Assembly: GCA_042571085.1 (NCBI GenBank)
Contig: JBHPGB010000005.1
Span: 1 to 46,093, forward strand
Source: Patescibacteria group bacterium
GTDB taxonomy: Bacteria; Patescibacteriota; Minisyncoccia; Phycocordibacterales; JBHPGB01
DNA length: 46,093 nucleotides
Reading direction: 5' to 3'
Below are positions 36,475-46,093 of the stretch, piece after piece (positions within the stretch are counted from its first letter, which is position 1; each line of letters begins with the position of its first letter). Under the pieces are notes generated by a model. It saw only the letters and a list, made by a program, of their open reading frames with translations. It was not told where the DNA came from and did no database searches. The position numbers were made by a program, and so were the translations under genes.

Positions 36475-38421
36475 ATGAATTACCTCGATGAACTAAATCC
36501 TGAACAAAAATCTGCAGTATTACACAAAGACGGGCCGCTTTTGATCGTAGCCGGCGCTGGAGCCGGAAAAACAAAAACACTCACACATCGAATCTTACAC
36601 CTTATTAAAGAAGGTGTTGCTCCAAAAAATATTTTAGCCATTACATTCACCAACAAAGCAGCTAAAGAGATGCTTGATAGGGTATTACGCCTGATTGAGG
36701 AGGACAAAGAGTTGGATATATCTCTTTCGTATAAGGAGCGTCCTTTTATCAGTACTTTCCACGCGCTCGGCGTTCGGATTTTGCGTGAAAACAGTGAGAA
36801 GCTAAAAGTAAATAAAAATTTCACCATTTTAGATGACGGGGACACAAACTCACTTATCAAAGAAGCGCTGAAACGAAAATCTCTTGATCCAAAACAATTT
36901 GCACCGCGAACAATAAAGTCAGCAATCTCAAAAGAAAAAAACAACCTCATAACACAGGCGCAATATTCTGAGAATGCCGGTAATCAATACTTTCCAAGAA
37001 TCGTTGCTGACGTGTGGAAAGAATATGAAAAACTTTTGAAAGAACATGGTGGGTTTGATTTTGATGATTTGATTTTGGAAACAGTTCTTCTTTTAAAGCG
37101 CGATGAGGAAGTCCGTACTCACTATCAAAATCTTTGGCAGTATATTCATATTGACGAGTACCAAGACACCAATACTGCGCAATACGAACTTTCTAAATTG
37201 CTTACTGGTGACCGAAAAAACATTTGTGTTGTTGGGGATATGGACCAATGTGTGTACTCATGGAGAGGTGCTGATTTTCGCAACATTATGAATTTTGAAA
37301 AAGATTATACTGATGCAAAGGTTGTGTTACTTGAGGAAAACTACCGTTCTACAGCAAATATTTTGGCTGCAGCAAACGATATTATAAAGAAAAACAAAGT
37401 TAGGGTGGAGAAGAATTTGTTTACACGCAAAGAGGGTGGGGAAAAGATTGGGCTTTTTTCTGGATACGACGAGAACGATGAGGCTAGTTTTGTTGCGCGA
37501 AAATCTGCCGAACTGATGCGTGACGGCATACAAGCAAAAGATATCGCTGTACTTTATCGTGCTAATTTTCAATCACGTGCTCTGGAAGAAGCGTTCTTAC
37601 ATGAAGGAGTGCCGTACCAAGTGCTTGGTGTAAAGTTTTTTGAACGAAAAGAAGTGAAGGATGTGCTCTCTTTTTTACGTGCCGCACTTAATCCTAATTC
37701 ACTTGCTGATATAAAAAGAATTATTAATGTTCCGCCACGCGGGGTAGGGAAAGTTACGCTTACTAAAATATTTGCCGGACAAGAAGATGCCTTACCTCTC
37801 AAAATGAAAGAGAAGGTTAAAAACTTCAAATCACTTTTGGAAAAAATTGACGAGCGCGCTGTGCAAAACAAAGTTTCTGATACACTAAAATTTATTGTGG
37901 CGGAAAGTGGATTTGAGGCGCATTTAAAAAAGGGTAGTGAGGAAGATAAGGAGCGATTGGAAAACATTTATGAGCTTGTAACACTCGCAACAAAATACGA
38001 CTTCCTTCCGCCAGAAGAAGCGGTACAAAAACTTTTGGAAGACGCAGCCCTTGCCTCCGATCAAGACTCTCTCGCAACCCACACAAAGAAAGAACCCGAA
38101 AACGCAGTTCGCTTAATGACAGTACACGCATCAAAAGGTTTGGAATTTCCAAATGTATTTGTTGTCGGTCTTGAGCAAGATCTATTTCCACACGGCGGTT
38201 TTGATGGCCCTGGTCATAATGAGGAGAGGGAGGAGGAAGAGCGCCGACTCTTTTACGTTGCCCTTACACGCGCCGAGCGCAAAGCAATTCTCACATATGC
38301 ATCAGTGCGAACAATTTTTGGCTCAAAGCAGGTAAACATTCCATCAGAATTCATCACAGACATTGGCGATGAATTCTTGGAAGACGAGGAATTGGGTGAG
38401 CAAACAATAGAGCTGCTTTAA
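36475..38421 (+). CDS. pcrA: UvrD/PcrA family ATP-dependent DNA helicase
   Basis: AGAGAGKT, ITFTNKAA, DEYQDTN, LEENYRS, MTVHASKGLEF, EERRLFYVALTRA. Confidence 0.96.
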   Translation: MNYLDELNPEQKSAVLHKDGPLLIVAGAGAGKTKTLTHRILHLIKEGVAPKNILAITFTNKAAKEMLDRVLRLIEEDKELDISLSYKERPFISTFHALGVRILRENSEKLKVNKNFTILDDGDTNSLIKEALKRKSLDPKQFAPRTIKSAISKEKNNLITQAQYSENAGNQYFPRIVADVWKEYEKLLKEHGGFDFDDLILETVLLLKRDEEVRTHYQNLWQYIHIDEYQDTNTAQYELSKLLTGDRKNICVVGDMDQCVYSWRGADFRNIMNFEKDYTDAKVVLLEENYRSTANILAAANDIIKKNKVRVEKNLFTRKEGGEKIGLFSGYDENDEASFVARKSAELMRDGIQAKDIAVLYRANFQSRALEEAFLHEGVPYQVLGVKFFERKEVKDVLSFLRAALNPNSLADIKRIINVPPRGVGKVTLTKIFAGQEDALPLKMKEKVKNFKSLLEKIDERAVQNKVSDTLKFIVAESGFEAHLKKGSEEDKERLENIYELVTLATKYDFLPPEEAVQKLLEDAALASDQDSLATHTKKEPENAVRLMTVHASKGLEFPNVFVVGLEQDLFPHGGFDGPGHNEEREEEERRLFYVALTRAERKAILTYASVRTIFGSKQVNIPSEFITDIGDEFLEDEELGEQTIELL

Positions 38422-38485
38422 AACCTGTTTATAATCTCAAACAAAAAGAATGATATAATCAAGATATCATTCTTTTTTATTATTT

Positions 38486-39274
38486 ATGCGTGCGAAAAAA
38501 TCATTAGGGCAAAATTTTCTGAAATCCAAGGCTGCACTTGGGGCAATTTTGCGTGCGGCCGACCTCAATGCAGGGGACACGGTGCTAGAGATTGGGCCTG
38601 GCAAGGGTGTTTTGACCGAAGGATTGCTGGATTCAGTCGGAAAAGACGGAAAAGTCGTAGCTGTTGAAAAAGACCATAGAATGGTTGGGTTTTTGCAGGA
38701 AAAATTCGCTGAGGATATAAAAACAGGAAAACTCACACTTATTCATGATGATATTTTAAGCCTAGAAACACGGGACTTAATACAGCGTTCCACACAATAC
38801 ACACTGGTTGCCAATATTCCATACTATATAACGGGTCAAATCTTCAGAAAATTTCTACAATCAGAAGACCAGCCATCAAAAATCGTACTCATGGTACAAA
38901 AAGAAGTCGCAAAGAGAATTATCGCTGCCGATAATAAAGAAAGTATTCTTTCTATTAGTGTAAAGGTGTTTGGCACACCAAAATATATACAAACAGTCCC
39001 AGCACGATATTTTTCACCAGCGCCGAAAGTAGATTCTGCGATACTTCTTATAAAACAAATACATAATCCGTTTTTATCAGGAATTGATCCCGCAGCAGGC
39101 TCAGAAAAATTCTTTAGCATAGTTCAAAAAGGGTTTTCTAGTAAGCGTAAATTACTCAAAAATAATCTTTCTTGCGATGATGAGATAATGCGAAAGTGCG
39201 AAATAGATACAAAGGCCCGTGCGGAAAATCTAACTGTAGAAAACTGGTTGTGTATTTTGAAGTATCTTGTGTGA
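38486..39274 (+). CDS. rsmA: 16S rRNA adenine dimethyltransferase
   Basis: KKSLGQNFL, LEIGPGKGVLT, ANIPYYIT, F.PAPKVDS. Confidence 0.96.
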   Translation: MRAKKSLGQNFLKSKAALGAILRAADLNAGDTVLEIGPGKGVLTEGLLDSVGKDGKVVAVEKDHRMVGFLQEKFAEDIKTGKLTLIHDDILSLETRDLIQRSTQYTLVANIPYYITGQIFRKFLQSEDQPSKIVLMVQKEVAKRIIAADNKESILSISVKVFGTPKYIQTVPARYFSPAPKVDSAILLIKQIHNPFLSGIDPAAGSEKFFSIVQKGFSSKRKLLKNNLSCDDEIMRKCEIDTKARAENLTVENWLCILKYLV

Positions 39275-39305
39275 TATACTTTAGAAAAGAAGATACTGAA
39301 TAATT

Positions 39306-40247
39306 ATGTCTAAAATTTTATCTAAAAAAGTTATTGTGTCAGTCGCTGTATTACTTGCTGTAGTGATTGTTTTTTTTATAATTTCGTACATTGGAAAAAA
39401 CGACAGAAATAATAATGAAACACCAAATACCACATACGCAAACAGTGGAACGAGTGTCAGTGATATAGACACGGATTCTGATGGTCTAAAAGACTGGGAG
39501 GAAGCATTGTGGGGGACTGATCCGCAAAAAGCAGATTCAGATGATGATGGCACAATAGATGGTGAGGAGGTACTTGCTGGTAGAAACCCTATCGTTGCTG
39601 CTCCAGACGACGAATTCACAGATGAATTTAAAAAAATATATTCTCAAATAACAGAGGAAGAAAGTGCTCCAGTCACACACACAGAGAAGTTATCCCAAGA
39701 CCTTATAAAGGGCTACATTACGCTCAAGCAAAACAACGCGCTCGGTAGCGCATCACAAGAAAACTTTCTATCAACAATAAGTAGTGGCGCAATCCCCAAC
39801 GAAACCGCAAAAGAGTATACAAAACATGATATTATAATTACATACGAAGGTGACCAGGAAACACTGCAAAATTATGCAAATAGCATGGCGGCTATTTTTG
39901 AACAAAGCGCAGATTTAGAGAATGATGCAATAATTGTAATGAATGCTCTGCGTACACAAAATGAAGATGAATTACAAAAATTAGATGTCCTGCGGACTAT
40001 GTACGAAGAAAAGGTTAGTGATTTACTTTCAATAAAAACACCACAGGCGGTTTCAAGCATACACCTTGCTATCATAAATGATTTTTCAAAACTAATCACA
40101 GCAAACACACAAATGAAAGCGTCATTTTTTGACCCTCTTTTAGGGCTAATAGGAGTAAGGACATATGCTGATACAGAGCAACTACTTATAACACATGCGG
40201 TAGAGCTTGGAACTTATTTTTGGGAAAACGGTATACAATATAAATAA
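39306..40247 (+). CDS. Membrane-anchored protein with thrombospondin type-3-like Ca-binding repeats
   Basis: TM then DTDSDGLKDWEE..WGTDP.KADSDDDG..DGEEV..GRNP. Confidence 0.8.
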   Translation: MSKILSKKVIVSVAVLLAVVIVFFIISYIGKNDRNNNETPNTTYANSGTSVSDIDTDSDGLKDWEEALWGTDPQKADSDDDGTIDGEEVLAGRNPIVAAPDDEFTDEFKKIYSQITEEESAPVTHTEKLSQDLIKGYITLKQNNALGSASQENFLSTISSGAIPNETAKEYTKHDIIITYEGDQETLQNYANSMAAIFEQSADLENDAIIVMNALRTQNEDELQKLDVLRTMYEEKVSDLLSIKTPQAVSSIHLAIINDFSKLITANTQMKASFFDPLLGLIGVRTYADTEQLLITHAVELGTYFWENGIQYK

Positions 40248-40253
40248 TAATTC

Positions 40254-41840
40254 ATGAATATTTTTTTGAAAAAAGCAACATCAACATTTCTCATTATATT
40301 TTTAAGCGTGTCTTTTGTATTTCCTGCATTTCCACAAAAAGCCAATGCAGGTGCGTCTGCCGTAGTGGAAGTTGGAGCAAATGTTGCTGTAAACATTTTG
40401 AGTCAGGTCAGTAACGCGATAAGTGCGGCGGCAGACGCAATAACATCTGAGGCAATACTATCTATCGAAATAAAAGAATATATTTTGGATGGTATCGTTC
40501 CATTCATGCGTGAGGCATTAATCAAATCACTCACCTCAAGTATTATAAATTGGATTAATAGTGGTTTTGAAGGCGACCCGATGTTTGTTACAGACCTAGA
40601 AGGATTCCTTCTTGATGTTGCAAACGAGACATCATCAAAATTCATATCAGACCTAGGAGCAACTGATTTATGTTCTCCTTTCAGGCCTCAAATTATGTTG
40701 CAGATGTCATCTAGAAGCACTTATATGGACAGGGCTGAGTGTACAGTACTTGATGTGATAGATAATTATGAAGCTTTCCAAGACGATTTCGAATATGGTG
40801 GATGGAATGCTTTTGTTTCTATCCTTGAACCTCAAAATAATTATTACGGGTCTATGTACATGGCAACAGAAGAGAATGCTGAGCGCTTGTCTCTAGCTAT
40901 ACAAATAAACCAAACGAAGCTTGATTGGGGACAAGGATTTCTTTCATGGGAAGAGTGTATTACATATGGCGATGATGGTGAATGTTGGGAATCAAGTATT
41001 GTAACGCCTGGATCTATTGTGTACGGACAATTAAATGAAGTAATGCCAACTGGATTAAGAAACCTTGAATTAGCAGATGAAATAAATGAAATCATTGGAG
41101 CACTTCTTACTCAACTCATGAAAGAAGCGCTCGGTTCAGGTGGCGGACTATACGGAGCATCGCACTCTTCTAGAGGATCTGTACCACTTACAGACACTCT
41201 TACGACAGGTAATGCAGATGCGGATGAACTCAAAGAAAATATATCTGAACAGATATATAGAGACGTGAGAAACGAGGAGGACTTCCTCTACATCAAGGAA
41301 GACTCGTTAGCTGCAGTAAATGTTGCAGAAAGAAAACTAGAAGATGCACAAGCGTGTTATCAAGCAAAGGCTGATGCTGGAATCACTCTATATGGAACAT
41401 TTCCAACAACATGGGGAGAACCTGTAACACTAAGCTTAACACCGGCCGATGCACAAAGAGAGGTAGCTTCCATTCAAACAATATTAAACGAACAAGTATA
41501 CCCACTTAATAACAATAGAAACGGGAGGCTTACATTAGATATACAAGACGCTGAAGAGAATATAGATATTATGGAAGATCTTGAGTACGATTTAAACAAC
41601 ACATCAAACATAAGTAGGCTTAATAAAATTTTGGAAGAATATCAAAGCTTTAGAACGAGCGGGTACATACATTCATTCAAAGATATCCTTGATGCGAAAT
41701 ATGAGCGTGACGGACGTCCGGGTGTGGATGATGGAATAGTTGGCAACATGAATACATTAAAATTAGAAGCAGAGCAAAACGAACGAGATTGTAGAACATA
41801 TAACCTGACACAAGAAGATCTCAATCAAGAAGCTGGGTAA
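40254..41840 (+). CDS. Secreted hypothetical protein (possible secretion-system/pilus accessory)
   Basis: Signal peptide ...PQKANA; WINSGF.G.P.FV, CSPF, GGW..F, NN.YG, WGQGFLS, TPG, ADEINEI motifs. Confidence 0.8.
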   Translation: MNIFLKKATSTFLIIFLSVSFVFPAFPQKANAGASAVVEVGANVAVNILSQVSNAISAAADAITSEAILSIEIKEYILDGIVPFMREALIKSLTSSIINWINSGFEGDPMFVTDLEGFLLDVANETSSKFISDLGATDLCSPFRPQIMLQMSSRSTYMDRAECTVLDVIDNYEAFQDDFEYGGWNAFVSILEPQNNYYGSMYMATEENAERLSLAIQINQTKLDWGQGFLSWEECITYGDDGECWESSIVTPGSIVYGQLNEVMPTGLRNLELADEINEIIGALLTQLMKEALGSGGGLYGASHSSRGSVPLTDTLTTGNADADELKENISEQIYRDVRNEEDFLYIKEDSLAAVNVAERKLEDAQACYQAKADAGITLYGTFPTTWGEPVTLSLTPADAQREVASIQTILNEQVYPLNNNRNGRLTLDIQDAEENIDIMEDLEYDLNNTSNISRLNKILEEYQSFRTSGYIHSFKDILDAKYERDGRPGVDDGIVGNMNTLKLEAEQNERDCRTYNLTQEDLNQEAG

Positions 41841-41921
41841 ATTTACAACAGCCTAAACAAAAAACTCTAGAGTTAACTCTAGAGTTTTTTGTTTGTATTA
41901 AATTCTCTGTATTGTAATTAC

Positions 41922-42923
41922 CTAATCCCTGCTAAACCAGCCTCGAATCGTAGAAAAGATTGAGCGTATCACGCCAGTCTTTACTTCACCAACAGATGCC
42001 TGCATAGACTCTTCATCTCCATCTTCATCATCAGACCCATCGTGCCCGATTGTTTCAAAATCTATATTTGGATACTGTCCGTTAGATTTTGATTTTTCTA
42101 TAAGTACTTTTGTTTTATTAATCTCGTTTAGCTGACTTTCTGTAAGAGAAAGTTTGCTACCACAATAAATCTCATTTATTTTCTTTTGTGTTGTGTAGTA
42201 CACATAGCCAGTAGGAGAGTCTATTCCCCATGGAACAAGCACATCTTCCGCATATTTTAGTTGGAAAGAAGACACAGCATCAAATGTAGCCTGATTAAAT
42301 ACTCCTATTACTTCAAGATTTGTAAATCCTTCAAAGTCTTTAAGAAAAGTTTGGAGTTTTTTAACTTCACCAACATCATTATCATCACCCATTCTTAAAT
42401 AGCTTGAAAGGTAATAATTACATGACAAAGGTTCGCCTCCTGTAACACCTGCTGGATACTGGAATGTTGTCTTTTCACTTCCTACTCTTGCATAATTATT
42501 AACCCTTGATTCTGGTCGGAAGAAATACTGAGTGTCAGGATTAAGATTTGTAATAATCACAACATGATTTGTAACAAGCCTGTCATCCTGTGGCGTGCTG
42601 AAATCATACCCGCGATTTACATCGCTAACATCAAGAACGTTCATTACTTTCTGAGATTCAAAGCCGTACATAACTCTGCTAGTAGCTGGCTTGTCTGTTT
42701 CCCATGTAAGCCGTGCTGTATTTGCTGTGATATATGTAAGATTTTCGTTGAAAATACTAAGAGAGTCAAAAACTGGACCATTTCCACCACCGGTTGCCTG
42801 AAAATTAGGTTCGTCATAATCAGCAAATGCAGGATTCACGGCTAAAATAAACAACATTGCTGTAATTGCAGTAATTTTTATAAAAAGTGATGTGGCTCTT
42901 AAAAATGTATTTTCTTTTTTCAT
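41922..42923 (-). CDS. Secreted protein with FN3-like and peptidoglycan-binding domains
   Basis: Signal peptide; WETDKPATSRVMYG..H.V.ITNL.PDTQY; V.KLQTFL..G.F...T..AV..FQ..TGYV...T; ATG at 42923. Confidence 0.85.
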   Translation of the reverse strand: MKKENTFLRATSLFIKITAITAMLFILAVNPAFADYDEPNFQATGGGNGPVFDSLSIFNENLTYITANTARLTWETDKPATSRVMYGFESQKVMNVLDVSDVNRGYDFSTPQDDRLVTNHVVIITNLNPDTQYFFRPESRVNNYARVGSEKTTFQYPAGVTGGEPLSCNYYLSSYLRMGDDNDVGEVKKLQTFLKDFEGFTNLEVIGVFNQATFDAVSSFQLKYAEDVLVPWGIDSPTGYVYYTTQKKINEIYCGSKLSLTESQLNEINKTKVLIEKSKSNGQYPNIDFETIGHDGSDDEDGDEESMQASVGEVKTGVIRSIFSTIRGWFSRD

Positions 42924-43225
42924 ATATCCACACTCTACTCTAACTTTTTTATATGGCAAGCGAAAAAAACACCTTATGTAACACAAAAAATACCATGTCT
43001 AGGCTCACTTTGGAGCTCAAATCAACATCAAAAATGTCCTTTATAAACAAAGTTTCATTTGAGCCGTTTTTTCATAGCCTAAAGGACATTTTTCACACGC
43101 TCAAACCTGTAAGATACCGCAAAAATCACCAAAATCCAAAAATCAATTTGAGCAATATCCTCATAAAAAGAGGGGATCGGCACAAAATACAAAAAACGGT
43201 TTATCCACAGGTTATGCTTGAGGAC

Positions 43226-43255
43226 TTGACAAATCGGTATTATGGGTGCTATAAT
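43226..43255 (+). promoter_or_regulatory. Sigma70 promoter preceded by a DnaA box
   Basis: TTGACA-18-TATAAT with extended TG; TTATCCACA at 43201-43209. Confidence 0.65.
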
Positions 43256-43314
43256 ATGGGCAGAATTTAGCTGTTTAAACCACTCAAATGCCACTTGGTT
43301 GGCAGGAGGTTATC

Positions 43315-43761
43315 ATGAAAACTTTAACGAATCTTATCGTTGTAGTAATTCTGGTGGCCTTCAGCGCCACTACAAACCAGGTCTTTGCAGGGCCTGAATC
43401 AATCGCTCTTACTGAAGGGTCCTATGAGGTGGCTTGGTTTAAGGATTCAAGATGTTCTGAGGTGAAAGAGGCTGTTGAGTCTGTGGTAGCACATAAGAAA
43501 TTCTGGGGGAGTGTAGAGGCTTCATTTACAGCCCTGCTCGACTCTGCAAATAGCTACCGTAAGAAAAATGGTCTTCCTTTAGTAAACCAAGATATGGAGG
43601 CCTTCCTTAGAAAGCTTTCCAAAGCCGGTTTTTCCGAGTCAATTGACGTAAACAGGATCTACTACAACTGCTTAGATGAAGGCGAATTCTTTCCACCAGA
43701 AGATCGTGGGAAGTTGGCCAAAATAAAAAACAAAACAAGACCTAGAACAGCAGGGCAGTGA
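43315..43761 (+). CDS. Orphan secreted hypothetical protein
   Basis: GGAGGT SD, signal peptide ...VFA, two Cys, downstream hairpin with T tract. Confidence 0.7.
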   Translation: MKTLTNLIVVVILVAFSATTNQVFAGPESIALTEGSYEVAWFKDSRCSEVKEAVESVVAHKKFWGSVEASFTALLDSANSYRKKNGLPLVNQDMEAFLRKLSKAGFSESIDVNRIYYNCLDEGEFFPPEDRGKLAKIKNKTRPRTAGQ

Positions 43762-43878
43762 GGTTTTGTTTTAACACTTTGAGACCGGGGCGCATGCTCC
43801 GGTTTTTTCTTGATACATATCCACTTTTTTTATGTCTGTAGAGTAAAAATTTTGATACAATTAGGTCAAGTCTTTCGT

Positions 43879-45720
43879 GTGAAAAAACAAGTAAAAAATA
43901 TTTATAATATCAGCATAAAAAAACTCATTCCTTTTCTTTTGGTGAGTGTGTTTTTGTTTTCTCCTTTTATGGCTACTGCTCAGGGTGGTTCGTTAGGTAG
44001 CAACATACCAGTACCACCAACCTACGGCGACAGCCCTTTTGAATGTAACATGATAACGAAACCGGTCGAATGTGTTGGTTCTATTATCTACAATGTGTTC
44101 TTCGTAACATCAGCAAAAATTATGGCATCTGGAGCATTCGTATTTGATTTGCTTGTGGCATTCTCTATGAGCAGAGATATGTTGAACGCACAATTTGTAA
44201 AAGATTCGTGGTCAGTCATGCGAGATCTCGCAAACATGCTCTTTATATTTATTTTACTCTTCATTGCCATCGCCACAATCTTACAGCTGAGTAAGTATAA
44301 CGCAAAAGAGCTACTTACAAGACTTATTATTTTCGCACTTTTAGTAAACTTTAGTTTGTTTGTTTCTCGTGTGGTCATAGATGCTGGAAATATTACAGCC
44401 CTGTTCTTTTATGATGGTATAGCTGTCTCTTCTGCGCCAGGAGCAAGCACACCATACAGCCCAGATGCTTTTCTTAAAAGTCCTCTTGATGTAGAAATTA
44501 AAAGTATCGCAGCAGGGCTTGGTTCAAGTATTGATCCTCAAAACTTATTTAGAGATTATAGTAAAGGAAAGGTGATGGAAGAAAACGCAGGATCACTTAT
44601 TTTTATATACATAGCTGGTACAATCCTCTTTCTTGCCGCCGCATGGATATTTTTCTCAATTGCATTTTTATTCCTTGGAAGGTTGGTGGTCTTATGGTTC
44701 TTAATGGCGCTTGCGCCATTGGCTTTTGTCGCCATGATTCCTAAAACAGGAAAAATTGGTGGCTATGCGCAAAAATGGTGGTCTGAACTTTTCAGTAAAT
44801 CATTTTGTATTACTGTGTTTATGTTCTTCTTGTGGCTTATTGCTATGTTTGGACAAAACAATGTTATAAAAGATATTTTGAAAGATCCAGCATCACCAGA
44901 TTTCAATATTGTGGCAACTGTAACAGTAATAATTCTTCACTTTGGAGTATTAATTGGAATGCTCTTTGCTGCAAAAAAAATTACAATGGGTATGTGTAAT
45001 CAGATTGGTAATGAATCAATTAATATAGGAAAGAAGCTTGCTGGCTTTGCAGGTATGGCGGTTGGTGGTGGAGTTGGTGTGGTTGGCAGAAGGGTTGGTG
45101 GTAGATTTGCAAGACAATACCTAAACAAAACAGGTGCTTCTGGTGCATTGAAGCGAGAAGAATTGGCTGGTGGAGGTTTTGCTAGTAAAGCTATTGGACG
45201 AAGTCTTGCTGCAGCAGAACGTGGCAGCTGGGATGTGAGAGCTCCTATCGGTGCAACTGCTGAAAAAATACCATTAGCAAAAGAAGTAGGAATTGATGTT
45301 GGTGCACTTGGTACTCCACAAAAGGGTGGCGTAGAGCAAACATTCAAGGATATGGTTAAAGGGCAACAAAGCTATATCAATAAATTCAAAACAGATGCTG
45401 AGAAGAAAATGGCTGCAGAATATGTTGCTGGCGGTGGAGCTCTTGGTTGGATACCTGGGTACACTGGGGTTAGTCGTCTAGAAGCAGACGCACGACAAAA
45501 AGCAGGAAAAGATACACAAAAGAAAATTCAAGCAAAAGAATTTTACAAAACAAATAAAGACAAGTTGATAAAACTTGAAGACGAGCTTTCTCAAATAAAA
45601 GCAGAGCCTGTTGTAGATAAAACAGCTGTCGCAAATAAAGAGATAGAAATAAGAGAAGTTAAAAGAAAGGTCCAAAAGTATAAAGAGCAGGAGAAAAAGG
45701 ATGCGGAAGCAGCGAAATAA
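43879..45720 (+). CDS. VirB6/TrbL-like polytopic membrane protein
   Basis: W..MRDLANMLFIFILL.IAIATIL, L..LII.ALLVNFS, R...LW..M.LAPLAF, WW..L; Gly-rich C-terminus; GTG start at 43879 inferred. Confidence 0.75.
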   Translation: MKKQVKNIYNISIKKLIPFLLVSVFLFSPFMATAQGGSLGSNIPVPPTYGDSPFECNMITKPVECVGSIIYNVFFVTSAKIMASGAFVFDLLVAFSMSRDMLNAQFVKDSWSVMRDLANMLFIFILLFIAIATILQLSKYNAKELLTRLIIFALLVNFSLFVSRVVIDAGNITALFFYDGIAVSSAPGASTPYSPDAFLKSPLDVEIKSIAAGLGSSIDPQNLFRDYSKGKVMEENAGSLIFIYIAGTILFLAAAWIFFSIAFLFLGRLVVLWFLMALAPLAFVAMIPKTGKIGGYAQKWWSELFSKSFCITVFMFFLWLIAMFGQNNVIKDILKDPASPDFNIVATVTVIILHFGVLIGMLFAAKKITMGMCNQIGNESINIGKKLAGFAGMAVGGGVGVVGRRVGGRFARQYLNKTGASGALKREELAGGGFASKAIGRSLAAAERGSWDVRAPIGATAEKIPLAKEVGIDVGALGTPQKGGVEQTFKDMVKGQQSYINKFKTDAEKKMAAEYVAGGGALGWIPGYTGVSRLEADARQKAGKDTQKKIQAKEFYKTNKDKLIKLEDELSQIKAEPVVDKTAVANKEIEIREVKRKVQKYKEQEKKDAEAAK

Positions 45721-45749
45721 AATATATAAAAAAAATAAATATTAAAACC

Positions 45750-46079
45750 ATGCATTACACACCAGAACAACTTAAAGAAAGATTGGGTAAACTGCCTGAA
45801 ACAATTCAAAAAGCAATTGCCTCTGTTGAAGTTGAGCAAAAAATATTAGGAATTGCAAAAAAACACGACCTCCACATAGATCAAACAGGAGAGCTTTTGT
45901 ATGAAACAGGTTTGGTAATGTTTGGTCTGACACCAGCACCAAACTATCAAAAAAACCTTTCAACTCATCTTAAAATAGACTCTGAAACAGCCAGAAGTAT
46001 CGCGGTAGATATAAACAAAGAAGTGTTTGAGGAAATAAAAGGCGCTCTTGTGGAGGTCGTGTTTTTTTGCAATTCCTAA
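45750..46079 (+). CDS. Hypothetical protein; C-terminus probably artifactual
   Basis: LP..IQ.AI.S, I.KKH.L..DQ.G.L, VM.GL, A..IA.DIN.EVF..IK; last codons derive from a fold-back. Confidence 0.7.
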   Translation: MHYTPEQLKERLGKLPETIQKAIASVEVEQKILGIAKKHDLHIDQTGELLYETGLVMFGLTPAPNYQKNLSTHLKIDSETARSIAVDINKEVFEEIKGALVEVVFFCNS

Positions 46080-46093
46080 TATTTTTTGCTCAA

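Overview
AT-rich bacterial chromosomal fragment whose gene content and style (SD-less housekeeping genes, PPIase-less trigger factor, VirB6-like and secreted hypothetical proteins, dense intergenic palindromes) best fit a Patescibacteria/CPR, Parcubacteria-like genome (inference). Core genes: nusA, ppa, tig, clpP, rny, HU, mscS, yraN, cca, xth, thiI, a xerC/D-family recombinase, rpsO, pnp, dksA/traR, comM, a LysM-M23 peptidase, pcrA/uvrD and rsmA. There are four tRNAs (Gly-TCC, Pro-TGG, Gly-GCC, Arg-TCG) and a degenerate tRNA-Gly copy. The most notable unexplained features are: (1) a ~590-nt ORF-free, highly base-paired minus-strand unit with its own promoter and terminator (candidate large ncRNA, ~19912-20508); (2) a small element family (ATCCCGTTAGA...TCTAACGGGAT) that sits exactly on the start codons of xth and dksA and supplies the stop codon of thiI; (3) a TrpR-family gene bracketed on both sides by tandem palindromes; (4) seven parS-like sites, four inside yraN; (5) an HTH/LAGLIDADG-like ORF whose stop codon lies inside tRNA-Gly, followed by an unannotated bS22-like 29-aa ORF. 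The last 45 bp are an exact fold-back of upstream sequence, probably an assembly or amplification artifact. All calls are by eye; no searches were run.
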